Positions 28,017 through 40,050 of a stretch of DNA of 64,000 bases are shown piece after piece (the stretch's first letter is position 1; each line of letters opens with the position of its first letter). Source of the stretch: Leucoraja ocellata (Eukaryota); contig JAWMAR010000471.1 of NCBI GenBank assembly GCA_036785375.1, forward strand, positions 992,001 through 1,056,000, read 5' to 3'. The notes below the pieces were generated by a model. It made no database searches and had not been told where the DNA came from. It was given only the letters and a program-made list of their open reading frames with translations. The translations under genes were made by a program, and so were the position numbers.

Positions 28017-28171
28017 GTGAGTACCGGTCCCCCTACACCCACACAGTGCGGGTTTAACATAAAACAACTCGTGTCCACTCCGACCTGAATTTCAAACACT
28101 GTCCGCGATGTATCCTTCTGCCGCGGTTCGCCTCGAATTCGCACTAACCTCTCCCTGTGTTTCATCTACAG

Positions 28172-28477
28172 ACTCCTTCAGTCAGTCAGTGACCCAGAGC
28201 CCGAATGCGGTGACTGGAAAAGAGTGTGAGCCCGTCACCATCACCTGCCTTTTCCAAATTCATTTCTGGGGCAGTTACAGATTACAGGCTGGACATTTCT
28301 TCAAGCGTGCACAGTCCGATGCACAGTGGCAGCGGGTCACTCCAGGTGGACGGTTTGTTGTGTGGATTAATATAGCTAAAAATACCTTTTCGTTGAAAAT
28401 TATTCGTTTGAGAGTTGAGGATATGGCCACATATTACTGTCAAGCTGAGTACAAATGGACTAAGCAGCGGGACTACC
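28172..28477 (+). CDS. NAR-TCR-type V exon, germline VD-joined (unit B)
   Basis: Nearly identical to A, with the same junction TGGA-CTAAG-CAGCGGGACTACC. Confidence 0.85.
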
Positions 28478-28505
28478 CACAGTGTAGGAGAGTCGAGTAA
28501 AAACT
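28478..28505 (+). other. 12-RSS 3' of VD-B
   Basis: CACAGTG-12-GTAAAAACT. Confidence 0.85.
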
Positions 28506-28815
28506 CACCCCATTCAAGATATATATTCTTGGGTTCCGGAACCAAATCACACGATTATTGTTCTTGACGCTGTAGTCCAGATAAGTTACACAGGGATTAC
28601 CGCATTCTGTTAACATTCCCTAATAATTGGTTCAGTGTTTGTTAAAGCACACCGGCCTGCGTGTTGGAGATCACTCTGCTCTTAGCTCTGTTTCTTAGCG
28701 GGAACTGGTCGACCCACCGATGAATTGGAAGAAAGGATAGTTACTGGTTGGTCTGAAACTCCTGGAATAATTGGACCGCGATTCTAATGGTTGCCGGGCA
28801 AATCGCGGGGAGAAC

Positions 28816-28854
28816 GGTTCTTGTACCGCGAGCATCGACAGACGGGGCACTGTG
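28816..28854 (+). other. 23-RSS 5' of J-B
   Basis: GGTTCTTGT-23-CACTGTG. Confidence 0.9.
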
Positions 28855-28918
28855 GGTGGGGCTTCATGGAGCACTTACTATCAGGATGGGACGGGGACTA
28901 TGGTGACTGTCACAGCCG
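28855..28918 (+). CDS. NAR-type J segment (unit B): GGASWSTYYQDGTGTMVTVTA
   Basis: J motif, RSS and GTAAGT donor. Confidence 0.9.
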
Positions 28919-30713
28919 GTAAGTACCCTAAACCTCTCTTATCCACGGTTGTTCTTGGAAATATTCAGTTCCCTTTAATATTGGATCATGAGGCATCAAT
29001 TGCTTTCCAATTGAAACAGGTTATATTTATAAAGGATTCCGGCAACTTGCTCCAGATGTTGCGGTACACGTGAGTCCAATGAGAGGATATGTCGGGCTCC
29101 CCGGGAGCACAACGTGAATCAGGTTGAAGAATAGCTACTTCCCCAAAACCATCAGGATCGGGAACACCACACCGCGCTAACCACAGCTATGGATTTCTAT
29201 GCAGACACAAGTAAATGCGGCCGCTGACATCGGATTCTGAAGTCTAGATACCAAATGTGGGCTATTAGTGTTCTCCTGAAATGCTGCCTGGCCCGCGCAG
29301 TTAATGCTTCCACCAAACCGACGGCTTGTTCCAACATACTCTGCGAAATCACCCTCTTGGTCTACAAGTTACTGCAGCCCATTGTGTTCATAAACTTTTC
29401 ATAATTGTCTCTGGTTATACGAAGGGTTTGTTTATTTTGTTCTAGGATTGTGGCTGTTAGATTATTGAGTTCGTTTTGTTATCATACATTAGGCGAGGAA
29501 TGGACTGATCGTACGGAAATGTATGCAATCATGGCAATAATAGAACGGGTAGAAACGCAGAGTCTCTTGTGCAGAATAGGTGAGTCGAGGACCGGGGTTT
29601 GAGCTGAAGGGGAAGATTTAATAGGATTTGAGGGGTAACATAGAAACATAGAAATATAGAAAATATGTGCAGGAGAAGGCCATTCGGCACCGCCATTCAA
29701 TATCTTCATGGCTGTTCATCCAACTCAGTATCCTGTACCTGCCTTCTCTCCATACCCCCTCCATAACGTTTTCACACGGAGCGTAGTGGGTGTACAGAAC
29801 AAGTTGCCAGAGTACATAGTTGAAGCTGGCACTATCCCACTGTTTAAGAACCAGTTAGACAAGTACATGGGCTGGCCAGGTTTGTATGGATTTGGAACAA
29901 ACGCGGGCAGGTGGCACTAATGTAGCTATGCCATGCTTGGGCAACGTGAGCCGAAGAGCCTGTTTCCGCGTTATATCGCTCCATGACTCTATGACTCTGT
30001 TATCCGATAAAGCATATTTTATTTCTAGGCCTGTGTACATCTACAAGTAAGAATGTCACTGTTCCGTTATCGGAAGATAATACATTTAATCACCCTGTAA
30101 TCGTCACTTTTGATTCTAACGGGCAATGACTGTTGGCCTTAACAGTTATGTCCACATCCAAAACAAAGACCATGAGGCATAGAAGCAGAGTTAGGCCATT
30201 GGCCGGTCGTGGAAATTGAAATCCGCCGTTGGAAGTGAAAACGAGAAGTGCGCGGGTGAAGACTGCGATATGTAGCAAGGGTCAAATGAGAGAAAAGGGT
30301 GAAAGTGTTCGAGGTTTGAGCGTGAGGACGAAATGCCGATGTCAATGTTGCTCAAATCTCAATCAGAGTGATCAGAGAGATCAGATCGTATCATTCTCAA
30401 GTCCAGCGTGTGTAGGCTTGGCGTCAGCGCGGACTTGGTGGGCCGAAGGGCCCGTTTCCGCGCTGTGTCCCTAAACTAAACTGTACTAAACTGAACTAAT
30501 GTAAACTAAACCAAACTATACTAAAGCAAACTAACCTAAAGGAAATTAAATCTCCACTCGTCGAGGGAACAATTAAAGGATCCATAAATAACGTTTCCAT
30601 ACATTTAGCAAAAATGTGATGAACTACCGGAGACGGTAACTAGTTTCTGTGTGTGTCACAGTCTCCAACAGTCAATGTTAAAACAATAACTATTCCCCTG
30701 TTATTTTCCGCAG

Positions 30714-31019
30714 ATTCCATTTCCGCGGGTTCCCAGAATCCGCCTCAACAATCCTCTCTTTCTGGTGACACTGCCACCCTTAACTGCGTATATTCCGGAA
30801 TCTGCTCGTACACAGTACACTGGTACCGACAGTTCCCAGGGCAGGCTCTGGAATTCCTGCTCCAAAGACACATTTCAGGAAAGCAAGATGAGGAAGAGGC
30901 TGCCGAAGGTCGTATTTCTGGTTCTCTCGATCCAGGACAGAAAATCAGTCAGTTAACGCTCTCTGAAGTACTGCCGAGCGACGGGGCTGTGTATTACTGT
31001 GGGATGAGTCCGCGCATCG
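30714..31019 (+). CDS. Leaderless supporting TCR-delta-like V (unit B)
   Basis: Phase-1 acceptor ttttccgcag is compatible with the J donor. LNC..GICSY..WYRQ..AVYYC. Extra CDR1 Cys. No hydrophobic leader exon found upstream. Confidence 0.85.
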
Positions 31020-31058
31020 CACAGTGGCACAGCGCAGTGAGATAGCTGTACCAAAACC
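31020..31058 (+). other. 23-RSS 3' of supporting V-B
   Basis: CACAGTG-23-ACCAAAACC. Confidence 0.9.
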
Positions 31059-31201
31059 TCAGCGTGGCGGAATACAGGCACACAGCCCTGCAGAACATCT
31101 GGGGCGCTAACCGAGAACCACAGTGTAGTATGGATTGTTTACACGTTGCCAGGGAAGGAAAGAAAGAGATTACAAAGATAAATTATGTTGAAACTTACAG
31201 A

Positions 31202-31470
31202 NNNNNNNNNNNNNNNNNNNNNNNNNNNNNNNNNNNNNNNNNNNNNNNNNNNNNNNNNNNNNNNNNNNNNNNNNNNNNNNNNNNNNNNNNNNNNNNNNNN
31301 NNNNNNNNNNNNNNNNNNNNNNNNNNNNNNNNNNNNNNNNNNNNNNNNNNNNNNNNNNNNNNNNNNNNNNNNNNNNNNNNNNNNNNNNNNNNNNNNNNNN
31401 NNNNNNNNNNNNNNNNNNNNNNNNNNNNNNNNNNNNNNNNNNNNNNNNNNNNNNNNNNNNNNNNNNNNNN
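31202..31470. other. Assembly gap; same relative position as the gap at 44365-44535
   Basis: Both gaps follow GAAACTTACAGA; probably an unresolved simple repeat. Confidence 0.9.
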
Positions 31471-31729
31471 NAACGGAAATCGAATTCGTACCCCTGGAGC
31501 ATGTGGGAAACTGGCTTAATTATTGTGCCTTTACGTAACTCATCCTGGCCATGGAAGGGGAGAGAAAAGGGGAGAGAGAACTGGAGAGGGAAGGGGAGTG
31601 GTTAGGGGGTAGAGAAGGGGAAATGAGGGGAGACAGTTTTAAATTTAACGAGACCAAGTGCAGACCCGTTGGTTCTGGTCCCCGAACGTCCCCAATAAGT
31701 GGGTTTCCTGGTTTCCTAAGTGGTGCAGG

Positions 31730-32365
31730 GGCTTTAGCATTCATAGCAAAAGGATTTGAATATAGGAGCAGGGACGTTCGACTGCAGTTACACACGGTCT
31801 TGATGAGACCACAGCTGGATTATTGCGTAGTTTTGGTCTCCAAATCTGAGGAAAGACATTCGTGCCATGGAGGGAGCACAGAGCAGGTTCACCAGACTGA
31901 TTCCTGGGATGTCAGGACTTTCATATGAAGAAAGACTGAATAGACTAGGAGTGTACTAGCTAGAATTTAGAAGACTGAGGGGGGATATTATAGAAACTTA
32001 CAAAATTGTTAAGGGGTTAGACAGGCTAGATGCAGGAAGATTATTCCCGATGTTGGGGAAGTCCAGAACAAGGGGTCACAGTTTAAGGATAAGGGAGAAA
32101 TCTTTTAGGACCGAGATGAGAAAAAAGTTATTCACAGAAAGAGTGGTGAATCTTTGTAATTCTCTGCCACAGAAGGTAGTTGAGGCCATTTACTTGGCTA
32201 TATTTAAGAGGGAGTTAGATGTAGCCTTATGGCTAAAGGGATGGAGAGAAGGCAGGAACAGGATACCGAGTTGAATGATCAGTCATGATCATATTGAATG
32301 GCGGTGCAGGCTCTAAGGGCCGAATGGCCTACTCGTGCACCTATTTTCTATGTTTCTATGTTTCT
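31730..32365 (+). mobile_element. CR1/HER1 3' fragment (paralog ~44805-45437)
   Basis: FIAKGFEYRSR..RFTRLIPGM peptides; TTTCTATG tail. Confidence 0.8.
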
Positions 32366-33599
32366 CTGAGAGACATAAGCTCCGGAGATATACATGCGAT
32401 CGACACGGGAACCACCCCCTCAGACCTGCGCAAGAAAGCGTTGGAATCAGCGTGGAGTTGAAAGAAAAACATTAAAGATTCATACAAGAAATTTTCACTT
32501 TTATTTAGCTGGATAGAAAATTCCAAATTTGTTTCACGAGAGATCAGCAAATTTTAAAAATCCCACGTAGTAAGGCTTTGTAGAGATAATCGGGAGAATC
32601 ATCAATATTGTTATGGGGCATACAATATACTTTCAATGGAGACAACAGCGGAGAAGGTAAGATTTTAGCAACTGAATTCAAGCCATTTGGACTAAGGAGC
32701 CTGCTGCATTCAAAGAAACACACGAGTAGGAAAATGGACAATGGTCTTCGTTACGATTATCCCTACTAAATGGCGAGAAATATGGTTCAAGATTTTCCCC
32801 ACCACACAGAATAATTCCGCTCACATTTACATGTCACGGAATGCGCGAATAAACATGTCCCCGTGAGGGGATGCTGCATGATAATGTTGGCAAAGTTGAC
32901 ATATGGACACCTGGAGTAGTTTATTGTCCTTTAATATATTAGACATTGGTTTGTGAACGACAGAGTGCACGAGCAATGTTTATTTTAGAACACGATAACT
33001 TCATTTTAATTCATAAATGGCAGAATATTTTATTTTCTTCACAGTTTGTGAGGGAAGAGGAGAAATAGGTAGATACAAAGTTAACCACCCACCAGCCCCA
33101 ATTTTGTAGTATCAGGGGAACATTATGCGGCTTGCCGCCTCTTGAGTGCAAATGAACAGCAGGCAGTATCTCTCCAGGAAAACGATAGATGACGTTTCTG
33201 GTCAGGATCCTTCTTCCGTCTGAAAGTAGGGCGAGGCCACTGGATGCAAGAGTAGGCCAGAACGAGGCAGGGATGGCAACACATGACTAGGAAATGAAGG
33301 AGCCCATAATGGCCCATTGTGGGCTGTGGAATAAGTGGTCATACACAACTACAAAGATGCGAGCAGTACAACTAGTGTGATGACTATGTTGGAGGAGAGG
33401 GTGAGAGAAATGGAGTCAAGCGACCTACGAGATGCTGCTCCTCCATTTTGTGCGTGGCCTCGTTCTAGCAGTTGAGGAGGACAACGACGGAATGGTTTAT
33501 ATGGGAATGGGTAGAGGTGTTAAAATGTTTGCCCACCGGGGAACGTAAAGGCCAATGTGGAAATTGATTTATTACCGTACATGGGAGCCACAGAGTCAC

Positions 33600-33945
33600 A
33601 GTCACAGAGTGATACAGTGTGGTATCAGGACCTTCGGCCCAACTCGCCCACACCGGCCAACAATATCCCAGACACACCAGTCCCACTTGCATGCGCTAGG
33701 TCCATATCCCTCCAAATCTCTCCTATCCAAGTAACTTTCTAACTGCTGCTTAAACGACGGGATAGTCCCAGGCACAACTACCTCTTGTCGCAGCTTGTTC
33801 CGTACACCCACCATCCTTTGTATGAAAATGTTTCCCCACCGAATCCTCTTAAATATGTTTCCCTTCTCCTTGATCCAATGTCCTCTGGTCGTAGATTCAC
33901 TGGGCAAACGACTCTGTGCATCTAACCGATATATCATCTCACGAT
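33600..33945 (-). mobile_element. CR1-like 3' fragment (paralog ~46680-47025)
   Basis: TTRGH..FIQRMVGVRNKL..FKQQLESYLD peptide. Confidence 0.65.
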
Positions 33946-34555
33946 TTTGTATTTCTGGCACTCCTCACCTATAGCTCTACATTGGATAGAAGTTTTCCGT
34001 ATACAGAAGGTATTTTAATCACGGTATCTATATGAAACTTTGCACAATCCACATCATCCGCTGCTAAAACAGCAGATTCTCTTGAAACCGAAAACCTCGT
34101 CAATGAACAATTGTTAACGTTTTTTTTAATGATAAAAGGAATTCATCAAACAACACGTTGCACCTATTCAACTGAAAATATTCACTCGTTTTGAAAACAA
34201 CATGTTCCAGCCTTATGTATACATATTCGTGAACACACAGAAGTTGGATGATTGAACGGGGCACATGGGAATACGTACACGAGTTGAGACTCAGTTGAGC
34301 CCATGAACCCCCGAAGCCGTTGGGCGCGTCCGACAGGGCGAATGGACATAAAATGCTGTATTTCCATATTTTATTTTTATTTTTTATTTAACCTTTATTT
34401 AACCAGGAGAAGTCTCATTGAGATTAAAAATCTATTTTACAAGAGAGTCCTGGCCAAGACAGACAGCAGCACAGTTCCACAGTTCCACAGTTCCACATAT
34501 AAACCATACAGCAAAGCAACGCATGAAGACCAGCTGGTCACTCGTGTGTGTTATA

Positions 34556-35811
34556 TTATTTTAACTCACACTTTACCGATTTAAATATCTTTCCAGTGCA
34601 AATGATCGGATATTTTAGAACACGAAACAGCTCCTCTCTGAACTTGCTCTGGGTCACTGTGTAAATGGCCGTGTTGGTGCAGGAGCTCAGCAGCTGATGC
34701 ATCAATCCAACCCTTTCCAATCCACCCAAGGGGTTTCCCCAGGCCTTGTGCATAAACACATTCAAACATCGAACCGCAATAAAGTGTGCAACACTTGTGG
34801 CCCAGAGCAGTATGAAGCAGCTCGAGATTGCCAGAAGTAAAACGACCGACCGTCTGCGGTTCAACATCTCCTGGTCTTTCTTTTTCTCGCCACCGCTGAG
34901 GTCCCGGAGGTTCCTGCGGACCCGACTGGCCACGAAAATACGTCTGACGGTGAGCGCGTTAAACAACAAAATCAGGCAGAATGGAATCACCGGGGTGAAC
35001 AACTGTTCGGCCCAAGAGAACACTATCCATTCGGGATCAACGAAGAAATATATGAATTTCAGGCAGCCCACTTCTCCAGCGGCACCGTAAATAGAAGTGT
35101 ATGCAAAGGGCAAGGGTAGATTTTTGAGGCAGATGAGCGGGCTCACGGTCAGGATAACAATCGTCGCGGTTCGCTCGGTACAATATTTGGTTTTCATTCT
35201 CTGAGTAGAAATCGCAACAAAGCGATCAAAGGTGAAAGCGACTGTGAACCACACAGAACAATTCACAGAGACTGATGCCAGGTAGATTGTCATTTTACAC
35301 ACAGGAGTGTAGGGCACGGAGGCATGCCACCAATACATATCAGCAATCCGGTGAAATATCACCTCACAGAGAATCACGGAGAGGTCCGCGGTCGCCATGG
35401 CTACCATGTAACGAGTGATGCACTTGGAGAGGCCGCACTTGCCACGGGACAGGATCACAATCGCCATCAGATTCACTGAGAAAAAATGAAACGAGAAACG
35501 GATTAATTTTGAGGTGTACAGGTTGGTGGGTGGGAGCAGACGGAGAAAACCGAAGATTTCGGGGAAAACCCAAAAGGATACGGGGAGGAGTACATCTCCG
35601 TACAGCCAAGCGCTGTAAGACAGTTACTCTAGCGCTGTACCAGCGTGCCGCCCGAACCCCGCTGGGCTATTCGCTATGTCCTCTTAACCTTTTATATTCA
35701 GTGCTTTTCAAACATGAGATGCGCCGACAATTACTTACCAGGTATACCGATTGCTGCCAGAATCGGATAATACACACGTCCAAATTTTACCTCGATCGGA
35801 ATACCGTGCAT
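34556..35811 (-). CDS. GPR139-like GPCR copy C, intact, ~330 aa; exon 1 35739-35811, exon 2 34556-35475
   Basis: Exon 1 MHGIPIEVKFGRVYYPILAAIGIP (73 nt, G|GTAAGT) splices in phase to TG AAT CTG ATG. DRF and SSCTNTAIY motifs present. Confidence 0.9.
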
Positions 35812-35999
35812 TTTAATACGGGGATCCAGCCGATCACTCCTTGTGCTGCAGCTCAGCGGTTGTCAGCCAAGCAAACAAATATCTGCCATATTTATAATGT
35901 AAATGAAGGGAAAAACAGGCAACGAGATTACATCCCTGTGGACATTACTTACACACTTTGAACAAACATCTACGGTTTTGCATGTAATACTCAAAATCA

Positions 36000-38785
36000 C
36001 ATTGATCTTAAACTGTGCCCCCCCCCCCCCCCCCCCTGGCTCTGCACTCCCCAACATCGGGAACATGGTTCGCGATTCTAGCGTGTCCAAACCCTTAATA
36101 ATCTGAAGAAGAGTTTCGGCCCGAAACGTTGCCTATTTCCTTCGCTCCATAGATGCTGCTGCACCCGCTGAGTTTCTCCAGCTTTTTTGTGTAAACCTTA
36201 ATAATCATATATGTTTAAATACGATCCCCTCTCATTCTTCTTAATTCCAGAGTATACAAGATCAGCCGCTCCATTCTCTCAGCATGTAACAGCCACACCA
36301 TCCCGGGAATTAACCTTGTGAACCTACGCTGTATTCCCTCAGTAGCAAGAATATTGGACCGGCTAGATGCAGGAAAATGTTCCGGATATTGAGAGAGTCC
36401 AGAACAAGAGGTCCCAGTTTAAGAATAAGCGGTAGGCCATTTAGAAACATAGAAACAGAAAATTTCGATGCACGAGTAGGCCATTCGGTCCTTCGAGCCA
36501 GAACCGCCATTCAATGTCTTCATGGCTGAACATCTAAAATCAGTACCTCGTTCCTGTTTGTACCCCATATCCCTTGATTCCTTTAGTCCCGAGAGCTAAA
36601 TCTACCGTTCTCTTGCATCGTCCGGTGAAAATTCCTCCACTCTATTCTGTGCCTGAGAATTCCACAGTTTTACAACTCTCTGGGTGAAAGAGACGTACCC
36701 TCATCTCAGTCCTAAATGGCCTATCCGTATTCTTAAACATTGAACCCTTATTCTCGACTCCACCAACATCGAGAACATGTTTCCTGCATATTGCCTTGCC
36801 AACCCTTTAAGAATGTATATGTTTCTTTAACATACCCTCTCATCCTTCCAAATGCCAGTGAATACAAGCACACTCAACCCATTCTTTCATCATATGGCAG
36901 TTCCGCCATCGCGGGAATTAACCTGGAGAACCGATGTTGCACTTCCTCAATAGAAATCATGTCCTTCCACAAATTAGGAGGCCAAAATCATTGACAAATG
37001 CGGTCTCACAATGGCCCAAAACAACTTAGGACTGAGATGAGGAAAATCTGTTTCTCCCAGAGAGTTGTAAATCTGTAGAATGTTCTACCACAGAAGGCCG
37101 TGGAGTCCAATCCACTGGAATATTTCACACGAGAGTTAGATTTAGCTCTTCGGGCTAAACGAAACAAGGGATATGGGGAGAAAGCAGGTACGGTGTACTG
37201 ATTTTAAATAGAAACATCGAAACATAGAAATATAGGTGCAGGGAGAGACTATAAGGCCCTTCCAGTCCGCACCGCCGCGATCATAGCTGCTCATCCACAA
37301 ACAAATACCCGTGCCTTTCTTCTTCCCATGCCCCTGCATTCCGCTAGCCCCAAGACCTCTAGCTGTCTTTTAATTTCATCCAGTGTATTGGCCTCCATTG
37401 TCTTCTGTGGCAGAGATGTCCACAAATTGACAACTCTCTTGGTGAAAGAGATAATTCTCATCTCAGTTTTAAAATGACCTCCCCTTTCTTCTAAGACTTT
37501 GGCCCTGGTCTGTGCTCCCCCAGCATTGGGAACATTTTTCCTGCATCTAGCTTGTCCAGTACTTTTATAATTTTATATGTTTCTATAAGATATTCCCCTC
37601 ATCCTGCTGAATTCGAATGAATACATGCCCAGTCTTTCTCATATTCCTCAAATTGACAGACCTGCCTTACCTGGGATTAACCTTGTAAACTCCCTCAATA
37701 GCAAGGAAGTCCTTCCCTTAATTATGAGACATAAACTGCACACAATATTCAAAATGTTGTCTCGCCAGTGCCGTGTACAACTGCAGAACGACCTCCTTAC
37801 TCGTGTACACAAATCCGTTCATTATGAAGGCCAACATGCCATTACATTTATTTACTACCTGCTGTAGAGCACCCAGGTCACGTTCCACTTCCCATTTTCC
37901 CCAATTGAAACAATTGAGATAATAATCTACCTCGATGTTCTTGTCGTCAAAGTGGATAATCTCGCATTTACCTGCATTATACAGGATCTGCCATGTATCT
38001 GCCCACTCACTCAACCTATCCAAGTCACCCCGCAACGATCTGACATCCTTTCCGCAGTTCAAACTGTCACCCAGCTTTGTGTCATCTGCAAATTTGCTCG
38101 TGTTACTTTTAATTCCATAATCTAAATCATTAATATATATTGTCAATAGTTACGGCCCTGCACCGAGCCTAGGCGGCACTCCACTCGCCACTGCCTGCCA
38201 TTCTAACAGGGACCTTCTTGTTCCATTTTACTTGTCACATTCTCAAACATTCCAGATCGGAGTCAAGCAGGATTTCACTTCCATAACTCCATGCTGATTT
38301 GGACTAATCATTTTACCGCTATCCAAATGCGCCGTTGTTACTTTAAAAATTGACTCTGGCATCTTCCCCAGTTCCGATATCAGGCTAATTGGTCTCTAAT
38401 TTTCCGTTTTCTCTTCCCTCCTTTCTTGAAAAGTGGGGTAACATTAGCTCCCCTCCAATCCACAGGAAAGGATCCTGAAGCTATAGAACATTGCAAATGA
38501 TCAAACATACGTCCACGATTTCTAGAGCCACTTCCTTGAGTAGTTGTGATGCAATCCATCACACCCTGGGTATTTAGCAGGCTACAGTCCCATCAGTTTA
38601 CCCAATGCTATTTCTTGCCCAATGCAAATGTATTGCAGTTCCTCTTTCTCCAGAGACCCTCTGTCCTCTAGTACACCTGGGAGATTGTTGTGCTTTCCTA
38701 GCGAAGATAGAACCAAAGTACCTATTCAACTCTTCTGCCATTTCCTTGTTCCCATAATTATTTCACCTGTTCTGCCTTCTATGGA
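36000..38785. mobile_element. Nested old CR1-like fragments with a short Penelope-type insertion at ~36102-36197 (paralog ~49080-51845)
   Basis: IYINDLD..SKFADDTKL RT motif (37718-38146). Confidence 0.75.
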
Positions 38786-39095
38786 CTGACATCTGCCTGA
38801 ATGGGTTCAGATGGTCTACTGAACGTCAGAGAAACGTGAAAGCCACGTCAGATGTTTCACATCAGATTCCGGGCCACCAAACAAATCAGCAGGTTTAACG
38901 GTCCCCGCCTCTAACTCTCCGTCTATTCGCACATCGATTGGGATGTTTCCAAAACTCCCCAGGACAACGCACTCACCGAAACGAACAGACCAGCTGTTGC
39001 TCCAGCTCAGTTCTCCGCGATAGGCTGCAGGATCTGTCCGGCGTCCTGGGATCCAGCCACTCGTCACGTAAACCATTTATCCCGGAGAAGGCGCG

Positions 39096-39138
39096 ATGGG
39101 AATCCTCCTGTTGTTTGTGCTGTCACTCTGCTTACGCC
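39096..39138 (+). CDS. Leader exon of NAR-TCR V (unit C)
   Basis: MGILLLFVLSLCLR with GTGAGT donor. Confidence 0.85.
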
Positions 39139-39293
39139 GTGAGTACCGGTCCCCCTACTCCCACACAATGCGAGTTTTACATAAAACAACTCGCGCCCAC
39201 TCCGACCTGAATTTCAAACACTGCCCGCGATGTATCCTTCTGCCGTGGTTCGCCTGGAATTCCCACTCACCTCTCCCTGTGTTTAATCCACAG

Positions 39294-39586
39294 ACTCCGT
39301 CAGTCAGTCAGTGACCCAGGTCCCGAATGCGGTGGCTGGAAAAGAGTGTCAGCCCGTCACCATCACCTGCCTTTTCCAAGAAGGTTCCATTGGCAGCTAC
39401 GTATTTAATGAAGGACATTTCGTCAAGCAAGCACAGTCCGGTGCAACACGGCAGCGGATCACAACAGGTGGACGGATCGTTGTGTCGAACAATAAAGTGG
39501 AAAAGACATTTACGTTGAAAATTCTTGGTTTGAGAGTTGAGGACATGGACACATATTACTGTCGAGCTGAATACAAGTGGAGGAGG
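39294..39586 (+). CDS. NAR-TCR-type V exon, unjoined (unit C)
   Basis: QSVTQVP..KECQP..ITC..GGRI..VEDMDTYYCRAEYKWRR. Confidence 0.88.
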
Positions 39587-39624
39587 CACAGTGATGGGCC
39601 AGCGCTTCGCGCAGCCCAAAAACC
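39587..39624 (+). other. 22(23)-RSS 3' of V-C
   Basis: CACAGTG-22-CCAAAAACC. Confidence 0.9.
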
Positions 39625-39946
39625 CTCACTGCACATTCTGCCAGCAACGTGAAGACAGGAGGTGAACCCACCGGGTAAACCCACGGGCCCGCTTTGTCCC
39701 GCCTGCCCTGCATTCTGGGTTACACCGGATGAAATGTGTGCGATTCAAACAATGGGTTTTCTCCATTTGGCGAGTGCGGCCTAATGCTCCCTTTACCGAA
39801 AATGGTGTAAACGAACTGCCAACGAGAATGACTGACCACTCTTCTGATGCACTACTCCAGACGGGATCCAGTTACAGAAACTGCAATCTGAAAAATGCAT
39901 TCGCTGAACGTTAATCTCCTGCCCGCCCGTCTCGCCGGGCGTCTGG

Positions 39947-39974
39947 GGATTTGAAAGTGACGTGTAACAACGTG
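39947..39974 (+). other. Degenerate 12-RSS 5' of DJ-C
   Basis: GGATTTGAA-12-CAACGTG (or GGGATTTGA-13); retains the terminal GTG. Confidence 0.55.
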
Positions 39975-40050
39975 TGGCCGTTGGGACAGCGTGACTATTG
40001 GGGCATTTACTATCAGGATGGGACGGGGACTACGGTGACTGTCACAGCCG
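39975..40050 (+). CDS. Germline DJ-joined segment (unit C): WPLGQRDYWGIYYQDGTGTTVTVTA
   Basis: J body matches J-A/B, but the J 23-RSS and first ~12 nt are replaced by a D-like sequence containing CAGCGTGACTA; GTAAGT donor. Confidence 0.8.

Larger units (their letters stand above)
14633..31201. repeat. Segmental duplication unit B
   Basis: Colinear with A plus three extra retroelement insertions; continues to the supporting V. Confidence 0.85.

Noticed and set aside
34556-35475. GPCRs as olfactory or vomeronasal receptors, or as the true GPR139 ortholog
   Set aside because: They lack OR motifs (MAYDRY, PMLNPFIY). They are multi-copy and divergent, so no gene symbol was assigned.
38622-38629. 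Octamer ATGCAAAT upstream of V-C (and V-D)
   Set aside because: Inside a CR1 remnant ~470 bp upstream and absent in A/B
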